A stretch of 64,000 nt of DNA from an uncultured bacterium (GTDB taxonomy: Bacteria > Patescibacteriota > Minisyncoccia > Phycocordibacterales > PALSA-1337): the NCBI GenBank assembly GCA_903872035.1, contig CAIQIZ010000029.1, positions 479 through 64,478 of the forward strand, in the 5' to 3' direction. Within the stretch, counting starts at the first letter, position 1, and each line of letters opens with the position of its first letter. A program made the translations under genes and the position numbers. Shown here one piece after another: positions 1 to 9,757 of the stretch. The notes under the pieces were generated by a model. The model saw nothing but the letters and a program-made list of their open reading frames with translations, was not told the origin of the DNA and searched no databases.

Positions 1-7
1 ATTCGAC

Positions 8-1111
8 TTGACCGTTCCTCTAGCTCGTGTGGTATCTCTCTATGGAGACAGGATATCTCGACCGTTCAAACGATACCAGACCGGTAAGGTCTGGCGTGGT
101 GAAAAAGCACAAGCCGGTCGTTTCCGCGAGTTCGTCCAATTCGACGCCGACATCGTCGGTTCGGAGAGGATGAGCGCGGACGCGGAAATAATCGCCCTTA
201 TGTATGAAACGATGTCCAGCCTCGGCCTAAGTCGTTTTTCCATAAGGATCAACAACCGTAAGCTTTTGAACGGCCTAACGGATTATGTCGGATACGACCA
301 ATCTTTGAACGCGGATGTCCTACGAACCATTGACAAGCTCGACAAGATCGCTTGGGAGGGCGTGTCCGCTGAACTGAAAGAGAGATCCTCCTTTAATGAC
401 GACCAACTATCCAAGTTAAAGAAGTTTCTCGACTTGCGCTCATCGTCATCCTTGGAATTGTTGACTGAACTTTCCGGGCTTATGGCTTCGTCGCCTGTCG
501 CTCAACGCGGAATAGCGGAGCTCACAGAGATCGCGAACAACCTCAAATCTCTGAACGTCCCGGATACCTCGTGGAGAATAGACTTATCCGTCGCGCGCGG
601 TCTTGGGTACTATACTGGGCCAGTCTTTGAGACAATCCTCGATGATCTTCCAAGCATAGGCAGCGTCTTCTCCGGAGGAAGGTATGACGACCTGGTAGCG
701 CGCTTCGGGGATCGAAGCGTTGCCGCCACCGGTGCGTCGGTCGGCGTAGACCGTTTGTTCGCCGCCATGGAGAAGCTCGGCCTCATCAAGAAGGTGATGG
801 CAACCGCGAAAGTCGTCGTCCTCAACTTTGATAGCACCGCCGAGGACTACTGCCAGAAGATAGTCACCGCGATCCGCCAGTCCGGTCTGCAAGCCGAGCT
901 ATATCTGGGAAAAGAAACTAATCTCAAGGCACAGCTCGCGTACGCGCTCGGACAAAACATACCCGTGGTAGTCATCGCCGGCGGCTCAGAAAAAGATCGC
1001 GGAGTCGTCCAAATCAAAGACATTCAACGACGCAAGCAGGTCGAGACGACATTTGATAATGTTTCCGCCGTAATCAAGTCTATATTGCAAAATGCAGAAG
1101 CTGTAGTATAG
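8..1111 (+). CDS. hisS: Histidine--tRNA ligase, C-terminal ~367 aa; the N-terminus lies upstream of the window
   Basis: Class II aaRS motif-2-like 'RFREFVQFDADIVG', a 'GLGYYTGPVFE' motif, and a C-terminal anticodon-binding region. tRNA-His follows directly downstream. The frame is open to the window edge. Confidence 0.85.
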   Translation: MTVPLARVVSLYGDRISRPFKRYQTGKVWRGEKAQAGRFREFVQFDADIVGSERMSADAEIIALMYETMSSLGLSRFSIRINNRKLLNGLTDYVGYDQSLNADVLRTIDKLDKIAWEGVSAELKERSSFNDDQLSKLKKFLDLRSSSSLELLTELSGLMASSPVAQRGIAELTEIANNLKSLNVPDTSWRIDLSVARGLGYYTGPVFETILDDLPSIGSVFSGGRYDDLVARFGDRSVAATGASVGVDRLFAAMEKLGLIKKVMATAKVVVLNFDSTAEDYCQKIVTAIRQSGLQAELYLGKETNLKAQLAYALGQNIPVVVIAGGSEKDRGVVQIKDIQRRKQVETTFDNVSAVIKSILQNAEAVV

Positions 1112-1133
1112 TCGCTAGTAGTTCTTACCGGGT

Positions 1134-1209
1134 GGGTGCGTAGCTTAATGGCTAGAGCAACAGTTTGTGGAACTGTTTAGTGCGGGTTCAAGTCCCGTCG
1201 CACCCACCA
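1134..1209 (+). tRNA. tRNA-His (anticodon GUG), with CCA encoded
   Basis: Cloverleaf read by eye: acceptor gggtgcg/cgcaccc, D-arm gctt..gagc, anticodon stem acagt/actgt with loop ttGTGga, T-arm gcggg-ttcaagt-cccgt. Position -1 is U (1133) pairing with A73, not the canonical G-1:C73. Confidence 0.8.
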
Positions 1210-1221
1210 ACTTCATCTTGG

Positions 1222-1250
1222 TCCGTGGAAGGTTTCCACGGATTTTTTAT
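1222..1250 (+). terminator. Intrinsic terminator after tRNA-His
   Basis: Hairpin tccgtggaa-ggtt-tccacgga followed by a T-run (attttttattt). Confidence 0.6.
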
Positions 1251-1527
1251 TTAACAGAATATTCATGCATTGCCACCAATCTAAGCATGTCCTAACGAAT
1301 TTTACGGCTCAAAATCTATTACTATCGATATCCCCGACTTATCCCCACTTTACCCCTTTACTTCCTACTCCGAATATGGTATAACTAAACCAGTAGGCTA
1401 CTCGCTCATTGAAAAGCGATGTGAAAGCCAAAACTCACTAAAAGTCTGAGAATTTCTCGTTGCCTGTTGCAACGGTTGATTCGCTGACTAACCTGCCACA
1501 AGGTAGGAAACCACAGAAAGGCGCAGT

Positions 1528-2511
1528 ATGAAAACGACAGTATACCGTTGGTTCATTCTTGCGACCCTGGTGGTCGCAATGAATTTCGGATTCGGAACAG
1601 CAGTTGCAGCCCCGCCTGTTCATCATGTTGTAGGCGTCGATTTTCCTGACGCATTGCCGATGATGGGTAGCGAGATGCAGTACCGTGAATGGATCGTAAC
1701 AAACAGGGAGTGTCTCTGCTCGGTCATTCTTCAGTTCACGGATAAAAACGGTGTGCTTCAGGAGCCATCTAACACAGCTACTCCGACAACGTTTCCAAAG
1801 TATGCAGATTTTGTGCATTACGTTCTAACCAACGTAACACACGGCATCCAATTCATTAAGTCGCGTTACAACATTGACGCGTCCACAGATATTAATTTCG
1901 CACTCGCGATAGGCGACTTGGACCTCGACACGTACCCTTATGACGATTTAATTGTCAATTATACCAATATTGGGAAATTGTCGTCTGTTTCGTACAACGC
2001 AGTAACAAACATATGTCCCACGTGGGAACTAGCGCAAGTTGCCGCTGATGATTTGCAAAGACTACAGATTCACGTGGCGTCAACACCGCCTTACGACTAT
2101 GACTCTGCGGTTCCAGACAGTGGTTCCGTGGACTATCCGGAGCAAGCATTCAGTAGTACTACCTTGTTCCTGAATCAGTGGTACTGCGTAGGGACGAACA
2201 GGGTCAGAATTTCACCGACGGTCGGTGCAAACACTTCTACGTTCACGCAGGCTGGAGCTCAGCTTCTGCCGGCGACAGTAGAAATCAATCGATCACGTAA
2301 AGGATCATCGGGAACGACGAATGATGTTTTGACTCGGGCGAGCGTAATAGTATCAATGACCCCCGGATCAGATACGACGGTCCAGAGCACAACGGATCAT
2401 GTTCATTGGCAGAGCATCGGCACGTCTAGTTGGAAATCAAACACCAACGAGATGATCTTGCCGATAACACTTAGTGGCGCACATCGCTATTTCAGGGCCG
2501 TTTCCAATTAG
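1528..2511 (+). CDS. Secreted hypothetical protein with an N-terminal signal peptide
   Basis: Long ORF. A hydrophobic N-terminus ending in AVAAP, an upstream GAAAGG ribosome-binding site, and a downstream terminator. No recognisable catalytic motif. Confidence 0.6.
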   Translation: MKTTVYRWFILATLVVAMNFGFGTAVAAPPVHHVVGVDFPDALPMMGSEMQYREWIVTNRECLCSVILQFTDKNGVLQEPSNTATPTTFPKYADFVHYVLTNVTHGIQFIKSRYNIDASTDINFALAIGDLDLDTYPYDDLIVNYTNIGKLSSVSYNAVTNICPTWELAQVAADDLQRLQIHVASTPPYDYDSAVPDSGSVDYPEQAFSSTTLFLNQWYCVGTNRVRISPTVGANTSTFTQAGAQLLPATVEINRSRKGSSGTTNDVLTRASVIVSMTPGSDTTVQSTTDHVHWQSIGTSSWKSNTNEMILPITLSGAHRYFRAVSN

Positions 2512-2528
2512 GCCCAAGCAAACATAAA

Positions 2529-2560
2529 CCCTCTGACTGCGGTCAGCCAGAGGGTTTTAT
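2529..2560 (+). terminator. Intrinsic terminator between convergent genes
   Basis: Hairpin ccctctgactgcggtcagccagaggg followed by ttttat. Confidence 0.6.
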
Positions 2561-2578
2561 ATGTCATAAATTTAATTT

Positions 2579-4051
2579 CTATATCTCTTTTTCTCCAACA
2601 TTTCTAAGATCTATCCACGTTTCAGTAGTTATTGGAAGATAATGACTCGGATCAGATAGAGACTTACAATTGATCCTAAACTTATATGTCCCAACTGATT
2701 TAGTAGCCGTATCGCTTTCGAATTCTTTATATTCTTTTGGTTGCCCAACATTGTTATATGCTTTAATTGTTGGTGGCGTTTGATTACTATCTCCAATATT
2801 CCACTCCCAATTTCCAGCGCTCGGAGCTGTACCTGGAATTACTTGCGGAATGCACGAATCATAGCGCTGTGAAATATCAACAACATACTGTAAATAGAAC
2901 GACGACCCCTTCTTTACTGGTAGAGGATTCCCTTGCGCATGCTTCGCCGCGAAACCAGACTTTGGACCTGAAAGCAAACTGAATGTATTGGTAGGAGTAC
3001 GTACGACGGCAGTTCCGCAGAGTACAGGCGTACCTGACGTGACACCATTCAAATCAGAAGCTTCCATGTAGATTCTATAAGTATCCGGATCGACTGGGAT
3101 CGTAAGTGTTGACGATGTGAGTTGATGCAACGTCATAGTTGAACCACTCTGACTGTCTTCGATAGCATAATAAAATATATAATCACTTGGACTGTTGTGA
3201 CCTATTCCACCCCAAGCTGAATAGGAACCTAGTGTAACCGTAAATGAGCCGTCGCTATTCGGCAAATTTATCTGTGCCGAGGGAGTTAAACTGCACGATA
3301 TACCAACCGGCGGCGGCGTCCAAGGTCCGCAACCATTGCAAGTGACCGGGGTCGGTTGCACGCTTGCACTCGGAATCGTTGGACTGAAATTTATCCACCC
3401 GACGACCGGACCGCCCCATGCATATCCGTTGAATATTCCCGTAGTCTTGTTGAACGTAACGCCACCAGAGCCGTTCAGTATAGGTGAAGTGTGACTCGCA
3501 CCAGAAAGCTCTATCCAGCCATCCCAACCGTCCTGACGGCTATTCATGCTCGAGCAATCGCCTAATATAGTACCCGCGCAAGCTCTAGCCCAACCGCTCA
3601 CTTTGCCACTGGAATAATCCACTACAGCGTCGTAGCCTTGCCCAGGATAATCGCTAAGACCACCGAATTGTATCCAACCGATATTGGAAGACCAGGCATG
3701 ACCAGTTATATTTCCATATTGATCAACCGATACGCAAAATTGAGGGTTCGAACCAGAACATCCTGTATCAGCAAATGCCTGCTTGAAAAGGTCGAATTTG
3801 AATGATTGCGGAGCTTGCTGTTGGCTTTGATCAGGCGTAGAAGCTGGGCACACAGTCGCATAATCAGAATTGAAGCTGATCCAACCGATATTCGATGACC
3901 AAGCCCAGCCACAAAGAACACCTCCCTTTTGATTCGGATTTGATGGCGCAGCCGTGGCATGCGTCGTCGATGGTGTCGATAATGCCTCAAACATGAAAGC
4001 TCCGAGGGCACAAACAAAGACGATGGCCACAGATGTTATGTATTTTTTCAT
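2579..4051 (-). CDS. Secreted Trp/Gly-rich repeat protein, hypothetical
   Basis: Signal peptide (MKKYITSVAIVFVCALGAF...). Repeated motifs GWAWSSNIGWISF, GHAWSSNIGWIQFGG and GYAWGGPVVGWINFSP suggest a repeated beta-structure module. Confidence 0.6.
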   Translation of the reverse strand: MKKYITSVAIVFVCALGAFMFEALSTPSTTHATAAPSNPNQKGGVLCGWAWSSNIGWISFNSDYATVCPASTPDQSQQQAPQSFKFDLFKQAFADTGCSGSNPQFCVSVDQYGNITGHAWSSNIGWIQFGGLSDYPGQGYDAVVDYSSGKVSGWARACAGTILGDCSSMNSRQDGWDGWIELSGASHTSPILNGSGGVTFNKTTGIFNGYAWGGPVVGWINFSPTIPSASVQPTPVTCNGCGPWTPPPVGISCSLTPSAQINLPNSDGSFTVTLGSYSAWGGIGHNSPSDYIFYYAIEDSQSGSTMTLHQLTSSTLTIPVDPDTYRIYMEASDLNGVTSGTPVLCGTAVVRTPTNTFSLLSGPKSGFAAKHAQGNPLPVKKGSSFYLQYVVDISQRYDSCIPQVIPGTAPSAGNWEWNIGDSNQTPPTIKAYNNVGQPKEYKEFESDTATKSVGTYKFRINCKSLSDPSHYLPITTETWIDLRNVGEKEI

Positions 4052-4176
4052 GTTTAAAATGGGGTTAGGAGAATTAACTACCCCACTATTTTACCGTCAA
4101 ATCAACCTATTCACAAACAAAACTGTGGATAGTGCAGGAAGTAATGCCGTACGGCAAGAAATCGTAATCCCTGAGA

Positions 4177-4563
4177 TTAGTACGGCAAACTGGCGAAATA
4201 TTTCTTGGTTTCAGCGATCACATCCTCGACAGAATGATCGGCTTTGACGAAATACTTGAAAACGCCATTTTCCAGCGCATCCGCGACAACAGTTGGGTTA
4301 TGGAGCTGAGTAAGCAGTACGATACAGGCAGTCTTTCCCCAGACATCCTTGCGAAGCTCTTTGATAAACTGCAGGCCGGTTAAGACCGGCATGACTACGT
4401 CGACCCAGATGAGGTCGGGGTGCTCTTTTATAGCCAAATCCAAGCCGGTCTTGCCATCGGCAGCCTTGAAGACTGTGATACCTTCCGCTTCCAGAGTTTC
4501 AGACAAAACAGTCCGGAATGCCTGATCATCTTCCACAACCAAGACTTTTTTTAGTGTTCTCAT
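4177..4563 (-). CDS. Response regulator, stand-alone CheY-like receiver domain
   Basis: KVLVVEDD...phosphoacceptor region DVVMP...LTGLQFIKELR. 128 aa with no output domain. Directly downstream of the histidine kinase. Confidence 0.8.
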   Translation of the reverse strand: MRTLKKVLVVEDDQAFRTVLSETLEAEGITVFKAADGKTGLDLAIKEHPDLIWVDVVMPVLTGLQFIKELRKDVWGKTACIVLLTQLHNPTVVADALENGVFKYFVKADHSVEDVIAETKKYFASLPY

Positions 4564-4632
4564 GATATTCTATTAATTTTTTATTGGATTTTATAATGGT
4601 GAAAAACTGCAATAGCCTCCCCGTTCGAAACT

Positions 4633-6381
4633 TTAAATAGGAAGGGTGAAATAGAAAGTGCTTCCTTTTCCCTCTTCGCTGGCTGCGCCGACCAGACCTC
4701 CATGCGCCTCGATGATGCCTTTAGCGATGACCAGACCTAGGCCAGTGCCTTTCTTGTCGCCCGACATAGCCGCCGACTGGAACTGCCTGAACTTATTGAA
4801 CAAAAGCGGCAAATTCTCGCGTTTGATACCAACTCCGTTGTCAGTGATAGCTACTACCAGAGACGACGGCAGATCTTTGGACACCTGATCTGCCTCTTTC
4901 AGGAACCATGATACGCCATTGCGACGAGCTTCGTCAATGACGTCTTTGCCACGTTGATGCAGGAACGCTTGGATAGCTATTTTCCCTCCATCTCTGGTGA
5001 ATTTAATAGCATTGAAGATGAAATTGTTGAAAACCCCAACCAGGGCATTCTCGTCGAAGCTCATGCTCCCTGGCGCATCGGCCGAAATCTCTATCTTCAC
5101 CACAAGCTGCTTGGCTTTGACTGATGGATCAAAGAATTTTACCCTCTCCGCGACTAACTTTCTGATATCGCCAATAGGTTCCTTGAAGATCTGGTACTTT
5201 CCAGACTCGACTTTGGCGGCATCCAAGAGATTGCTGACCAATCGGAGCATGTCGGACGAGCTCTTGTGGATGATAGGAACGTACTCATGAACAACCTTCT
5301 CTGCGTGCTTGTGAGTCCGGTCGCTCATTATGAGCTCGGCGATCTTGTTGATGCCATCCAGCGGCGAGCGCAGCTCATGCACCATCATGGAGGTGAAATC
5401 CTCACGTAGAGTGTCGAGCTCCTTTTCTCGTGTTATATCGTGGAATATGACCACACCGCCCAAGGTCTCACCGCTGGTCATAGCCGCCGTGCTTTTGACT
5501 GGCGAGATGAATATCTGGAAGAATCGTTCGCCCAAGATGACTTCCGGTACTTCCAAGACTTTGCCGAGCTTGATGCTTTCTTCCAATTTGCTGCGGATAT
5601 CAAATTTGCCAGCAACATGCTCGATGATATCGAAAATAGACAATTCCCGAGCGCTCACCAGTCCAAGCAACGTCTTCACTGCCGGATTGGCGACCAAAAC
5701 CCGGTAATCATTGTCGGTCATGACGATTCCGTCAGCCATGCTCTCCACCATAGAGTTCAGCTTCCTCTGCTCCATTCTGACGACTTCTTGGAGCTTGCTC
5801 ACAGCCTTCGAAGCCTGCTGAGTGATCTTGTAAAGGATGGTCATTTCCTCTTCCTTATAGAGGCCCGGCTTGGTATCGGATACTGTCAGTACTCCGACTA
5901 CTTTTTCACCGATGACTAGCGGAATGTTGAAAAATGAACGCACTGGCTCATTCGTATCTTCAGATAAGATGACGCCGGATAGAACTTCCTCGATGACGCT
6001 CTTCGACAATTCCTTGTCCAAGAGAGCTGAAAGAGAACCTAGCATCCGTTCACGGATCTCGTTCAAAAATCCTCGATTGACCGATTTTTCCAACTGCACC
6101 TTGAAGATGACCTTCTCCGGCTGGATGAGCATGTAGGAAACCGCGCTGTATTCGATGAATTGCCGAAGCGAGCCGGTGATGATGTCGATGATCTCGTGAA
6201 CATCTAGCGAATAGCCGATCCTGTCGCCGAGTTCCTTCAGGATCGCCAGTTCGTACATCTTTCTACCAGTTTCTTTTTCCTTGCCAGACATCTTTTCCAA
6301 CAAAAAGCGGCTGCGCACATAAAAGGCCAGACCGGCGATCAAAGCCAGAGAGGCTGAAAAGATTATGGTTAAACTAGGCAT
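4633..6381 (-). CDS. Sensor histidine kinase: membrane anchor, PAS/GAF-like region, HisKA and HATPase_c domains
   Basis: N-terminal transmembrane helix. H-box 'MMVHELRSPLDGI'. G-boxes 'GTGLGLVIAKGIIEAHGG' and 'AITDNGVGI'. Confidence 0.85.
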   Translation of the reverse strand: MPSLTIIFSASLALIAGLAFYVRSRFLLEKMSGKEKETGRKMYELAILKELGDRIGYSLDVHEIIDIITGSLRQFIEYSAVSYMLIQPEKVIFKVQLEKSVNRGFLNEIRERMLGSLSALLDKELSKSVIEEVLSGVILSEDTNEPVRSFFNIPLVIGEKVVGVLTVSDTKPGLYKEEEMTILYKITQQASKAVSKLQEVVRMEQRKLNSMVESMADGIVMTDNDYRVLVANPAVKTLLGLVSARELSIFDIIEHVAGKFDIRSKLEESIKLGKVLEVPEVILGERFFQIFISPVKSTAAMTSGETLGGVVIFHDITREKELDTLREDFTSMMVHELRSPLDGINKIAELIMSDRTHKHAEKVVHEYVPIIHKSSSDMLRLVSNLLDAAKVESGKYQIFKEPIGDIRKLVAERVKFFDPSVKAKQLVVKIEISADAPGSMSFDENALVGVFNNFIFNAIKFTRDGGKIAIQAFLHQRGKDVIDEARRNGVSWFLKEADQVSKDLPSSLVVAITDNGVGIKRENLPLLFNKFRQFQSAAMSGDKKGTGLGLVIAKGIIEAHGGLVGAASEEGKGSTFYFTLPI

Positions 6382-6417
6382 GACAAATTGCTACTGCTTC
6401 GAACTCCCGACTCTGGC

Positions 6418-6687
6418 TTACTCGACCTTATTGATACCCGGATACTTCTCGAAGATAGAGCTCAAAGCGCTTTTGACGATCTGGCCGGATAATTCGACAT
6501 AAGCATTGACTAGCTGCTGTATGACCTCCTTGGGATCTCCGGCGATATCTGTGACCGCGCAATCGTCGCTGACTTTCAAGCCAGAAATGCTTCTAGCTTT
6601 CAAGAGAGCGATATCAGGACCCAAGATGACCGCTTGTTTTTTTATAATCTCCGTCAGTAATTTGAGATATTGTTCTTTGTTTTCCAT
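6418..6687 (-). CDS. Hypothetical protein, first gene of a three-gene minus-strand unit with the kinase and receiver
   Basis: An 89-aa ORF placed tightly upstream of the kinase gene. No recognisable motif. Confidence 0.4.
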   Translation of the reverse strand: MENKEQYLKLLTEIIKKQAVILGPDIALLKARSISGLKVSDDCAVTDIAGDPKEVIQQLVNAYVELSGQIVKSALSSIFEKYPGINKVE

Positions 6688-6714
6688 GGAATTATGTGAA
6701 TTATTTTTAAATTG

Positions 6715-7047
6715 TTAGCCCTGGTTCATCTTGTGGACTTCATTCCTAGCCGAAATTAAGGTTCTCATCGACCAGATGAACATCACAAACCAGATCAAAA
6801 AGATCGGGATGCCGAAGTAGACTCCGTTTTGAACATTTTCGAACATATAAGCAGTAGTCACCACGCCTAGACTATACATTTCCACCAACATGGTTATGAC
6901 CAGCACCTTGGTGATCTTTCCGATCATTGATCCTCTGACCATGCTATATACTTGACGACCTTTGACGAATAGATAGATGCTGCCGGCTATGAGGACCGGC
7001 CAGCCTACGACCAATATTATTGTTCTCAAAGTTGTAAGATTACTCAT
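6715..7047 (-). CDS. Small integral membrane protein
   Basis: Three predicted transmembrane segments. 110 aa. Confidence 0.45.
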   Translation of the reverse strand: MSNLTTLRTIILVVGWPVLIAGSIYLFVKGRQVYSMVRGSMIGKITKVLVITMLVEMYSLGVVTTAYMFENVQNGVYFGIPIFLIWFVMFIWSMRTLISARNEVHKMNQG

Positions 7048-7117
7048 GTTGATAATGTTATCAGTAATAGCGTGCTTATATTATAGCGTGAAACAATTAT
7101 AACCTGAATCACCTAGA

Positions 7118-8566
7118 TCATTCAATCTCTTTTGTCCCCTTCTGATATGACTTGAGCGGCAATCGATCCCAATTCGCTAAGATCGGAGTGACAAATTTCC
7201 AGGAAGCCATGATCTCTTCAGTCGAAGCGAATAACGTCTGATCGCCGATGAAAGCATCGTGTATGAGCCGTTCATAATCGTCGGGCAAATCCGCATACGA
7301 TGGCACATCGGCGTACTTGAATTTCAGCGTCTTGGCATCGATAGCAAACTCATAGCCCGGCTTCTTCAAGAAGAACTTGATCTTGATCCCCTCATCAGGC
7401 TGGATCCGGAAGGTCAGAATATTCTGACGCTCCGCAGCCGACACGGACGAACTTTGATCCTTTTCTAATTTTTTATCTAGAATTTTTAATTTCGATTTTT
7501 TAAAATAGACGTCGATTTCTGTTTTTGACTCGGCCATGGCCTTGCCACTTTCCAGATATATCGGCACTCCGCGCCATCTCGATGAACCGATACTGGCTTG
7601 GAGGCGGATATATGTTTCAGTCTTCGACTGGGGAGAGACTCCGGTTTCAGATCTGTAACCGTCATATTGGCCTTTGGCGGCAGTCTTTAATAGCTCCGAG
7701 GTCGAGATCCGACGAAGGGATTTCAAAACTTTGGCTCGCTCTCGACGGATATCATCCGCAGCGTATGAACGCGGCTCATCCATAGTGACCAAGGCCAGCA
7801 TCTGTAGAAGATGGTTCTGCCCAACGTCCTTGAGCGCGCCTATCCGATCATAGAAATCTCCACGGCTATGTACCCCCTCGCTTTCCATGAGCTTTATGTG
7901 GATCTTGTCGATATATTCCCTGCGCCACATCGGCTCGAATATCTGATTCATGAAGCGAAATGCCAAGATGTTCTGCAAAGCCTCCTTGGCTAGATAGTGA
8001 TCGATGCGGAAGATCTGCTTTTCTTCGAAGAGAACTTCCAAAAGCTTGTCCAACGATCGGGCGGTTTCGATATCATTACCAAAAGGCTTCTCGATAAGGA
8101 TCCGAGTCCAGCCAGAAAGATCGTCGCAAGGTACGGTCAATTTTGAGTGTGCCAAATTGTTCAGGATACCCTCATACATATTTGGCGGCACGGAGAGATG
8201 GAAAAGCTTGTTCGAACATTGACCCCAACGATCATCTATAGATCGTAGTCGCTCCGCCAAACGTTCGTAGGCCGGCATATTATCGAAGAATCCCTGCTCA
8301 TATGACATATGGTCAAGAAAATGCTTGATGTCCTCTTCGTGATACTTGCCAGGCTTCACGTTTAGATGCTCTCGAATGTAGTCACGGAATTCCTCACGGC
8401 TAAAAGACCGGCGCGAAAAGCCGATGATAGCAAAATTCGGTGGCAACATTCTCTTTGAATATAGAGCTAAAAGGGCTGGCAACAGTTTGCCAGAAGCGAG
8501 ATCACCGGTGATACCGAAGATGACGAATATAGTTGGATGCAAAGCTAAGGGCGAGGATGAATTCAT
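7118..8566 (-). CDS. zwf: Glucose-6-phosphate 1-dehydrogenase
   Basis: NAD(P)-binding 'IFGITGDLASGKLLPALLALY' and the G6PD signature 'RIDHYLAKE'. Confidence 0.9.
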   Translation of the reverse strand: MNSSSPLALHPTIFVIFGITGDLASGKLLPALLALYSKRMLPPNFAIIGFSRRSFSREEFRDYIREHLNVKPGKYHEEDIKHFLDHMSYEQGFFDNMPAYERLAERLRSIDDRWGQCSNKLFHLSVPPNMYEGILNNLAHSKLTVPCDDLSGWTRILIEKPFGNDIETARSLDKLLEVLFEEKQIFRIDHYLAKEALQNILAFRFMNQIFEPMWRREYIDKIHIKLMESEGVHSRGDFYDRIGALKDVGQNHLLQMLALVTMDEPRSYAADDIRRERAKVLKSLRRISTSELLKTAAKGQYDGYRSETGVSPQSKTETYIRLQASIGSSRWRGVPIYLESGKAMAESKTEIDVYFKKSKLKILDKKLEKDQSSSVSAAERQNILTFRIQPDEGIKIKFFLKKPGYEFAIDAKTLKFKYADVPSYADLPDDYERLIHDAFIGDQTLFASTEEIMASWKFVTPILANWDRLPLKSYQKGTKEIE

Positions 8567-8660
8567 GATGACGTTAGTCTACACCATAGTTCATCAAGTT
8601 GGAAAGTTACAAGTCAGAAAGTTGTCGCAGTACAAACTTTCTAACTTTATGAACTTGCAA

Positions 8661-8924
8661 CTACATTCCTTCCCCCCATTCCACCCATTTCGGATAGATC
8701 TCGCCAGCAACGAACACACAAGGCAGGACCACGATAGCCGTAAGCACCCAAAGGATAAAGGAGATGACTTTAGGTAGAATCTCAATGAATGCAGACCACA
8801 TCTCACCCCAGACTGCCAATAGGGAGCCCAGTATTTCCGTTAGTATATTTCCGCCTGATTCGTCCATATAATGGATACTAGCGCAGCTCATTATTCGGCG
8901 CAAGATGAGGTCAGATATCCACAT
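8661..8924 (-). CDS. Small membrane protein, hypothetical
   Basis: Hydrophobic 87-aa ORF. Low support. Confidence 0.25.
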   Translation of the reverse strand: MWISDLILRRIMSCASIHYMDESGGNILTEILGSLLAVWGEMWSAFIEILPKVISFILWVLTAIVVLPCVFVAGEIYPKWVEWGEGM

Positions 8925-8971
8925 TTTGTCAAATTTGGCTTAATGATAAGTGGTATACTATAGGCACATCC

Positions 8972-9160
8972 ATGGAAGAAGCATTGAATACGCCGATCCT
9001 TTCGGGTCAGCCTTTACCGAAGCATGAGCATCGTCGAATGATGATAGGATTCATCGCGATCGCTGTCATACTCATCATCGCAATTTTGGCAATTTATTAT
9101 TTTGCTTCGAGACCTTCATCAAACATATCCACCGCTCCAGTAGCTCAAAGACAGCCTTAG
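8972..9160 (+). CDS. Small single-pass membrane protein, hypothetical
   Basis: A 62-aa ORF with one transmembrane segment. Confidence 0.25.
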   Translation: MEEALNTPILSGQPLPKHEHRRMMIGFIAIAVILIIAILAIYYFASRPSSNISTAPVAQRQP

Positions 9161-9343
9161 AAAATAGAATTATTTCACTCGTGTGCACCCTGCAGGGCTC
9201 GGTCCCTACGGGACCGATACAGTCTTCGCATTTTCTCAGACTCGATATTCTCGTCCTCGAAAATATGCTCAGACTTTTCTCGCCCTTGACGCAAGTCGCA
9301 CATGCGACTTGCTCAGGGTGCACAAATTCGCTCTGCTCATTTG

Positions 9344-9417
9344 TGCACCCTGCAGGGCTCGAACCTGCGACCTCACCCGTGTGAAGGGTGCGCTCTAGCC
9401 AACTGAGCTAAGGGTGC
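9344..9417 (-). tRNA. tRNA-Val (anticodon CAC)
   Basis: Reverse complement folds as gcaccct-...-ttCACac-...-gcagg ttcgagc cctgc-agggtgc-a. No CCA encoded. Confidence 0.8.
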
Positions 9418-9462
9418 TCTTTACAAAAACGAAATCCGAATCTCGAAATACTAAACGATCGT

Positions 9463-9533
9463 TCGGGCTGCCGAGAATCGAACTCGGACCGCATCCACCC
9501 CATGGATGTATACTACCACTATACTACAGCCCG
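9463..9533 (-). tRNA. tRNA-Pro (anticodon GGG)
   Basis: Acceptor cgggctg/cagcccg, anticodon stem catcc/ggatg with loop atGGGgt, T-arm ccgag-ttcgatt-ctcgg. Confidence 0.75.
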
Positions 9534-9575
9534 CACTTACCATTTGAAACATACTACCACCATACTACAGCCCGG
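9534..9575 (-). repeat. Partial 5' copy of a tRNA-Pro-like gene abutting the intact tRNA-Pro(GGG)
   Basis: Minus-sense cgggctgtagtatggtggtagtat duplicates the first ~24 nt of the adjacent tRNA, then diverges. Confidence 0.6.
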
Positions 9576-9757
9576 TATCATCACCATCAAAGCGGCAGTT
9601 CGTATAGCTTACGATATTTTTGATAATTTCTCAATTTATGTTACCATTCTCACGTTACTGATTCGAGTTCGTATTTTTCGGGCCTAAACTAGCTTCGCTA
9701 AATTAGGCCCATCGCTCGAACGAAATGAATATGGTATATTCACTTCGCTTCTCGCTC

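Noticed and set aside
4052-4176. gccgtacggc palindromes downstream of the response-regulator gene
   Set aside because: Short palindromes without a convincing stem plus T-run. Insufficient to call a terminator or binding site.
9414-9687. ORF-track proteins across the tRNA cluster (His/Tyr/Thr-rich translations)
   Set aside because: They are translations of tRNA genes and their duplicated fragments, not coding sequence.
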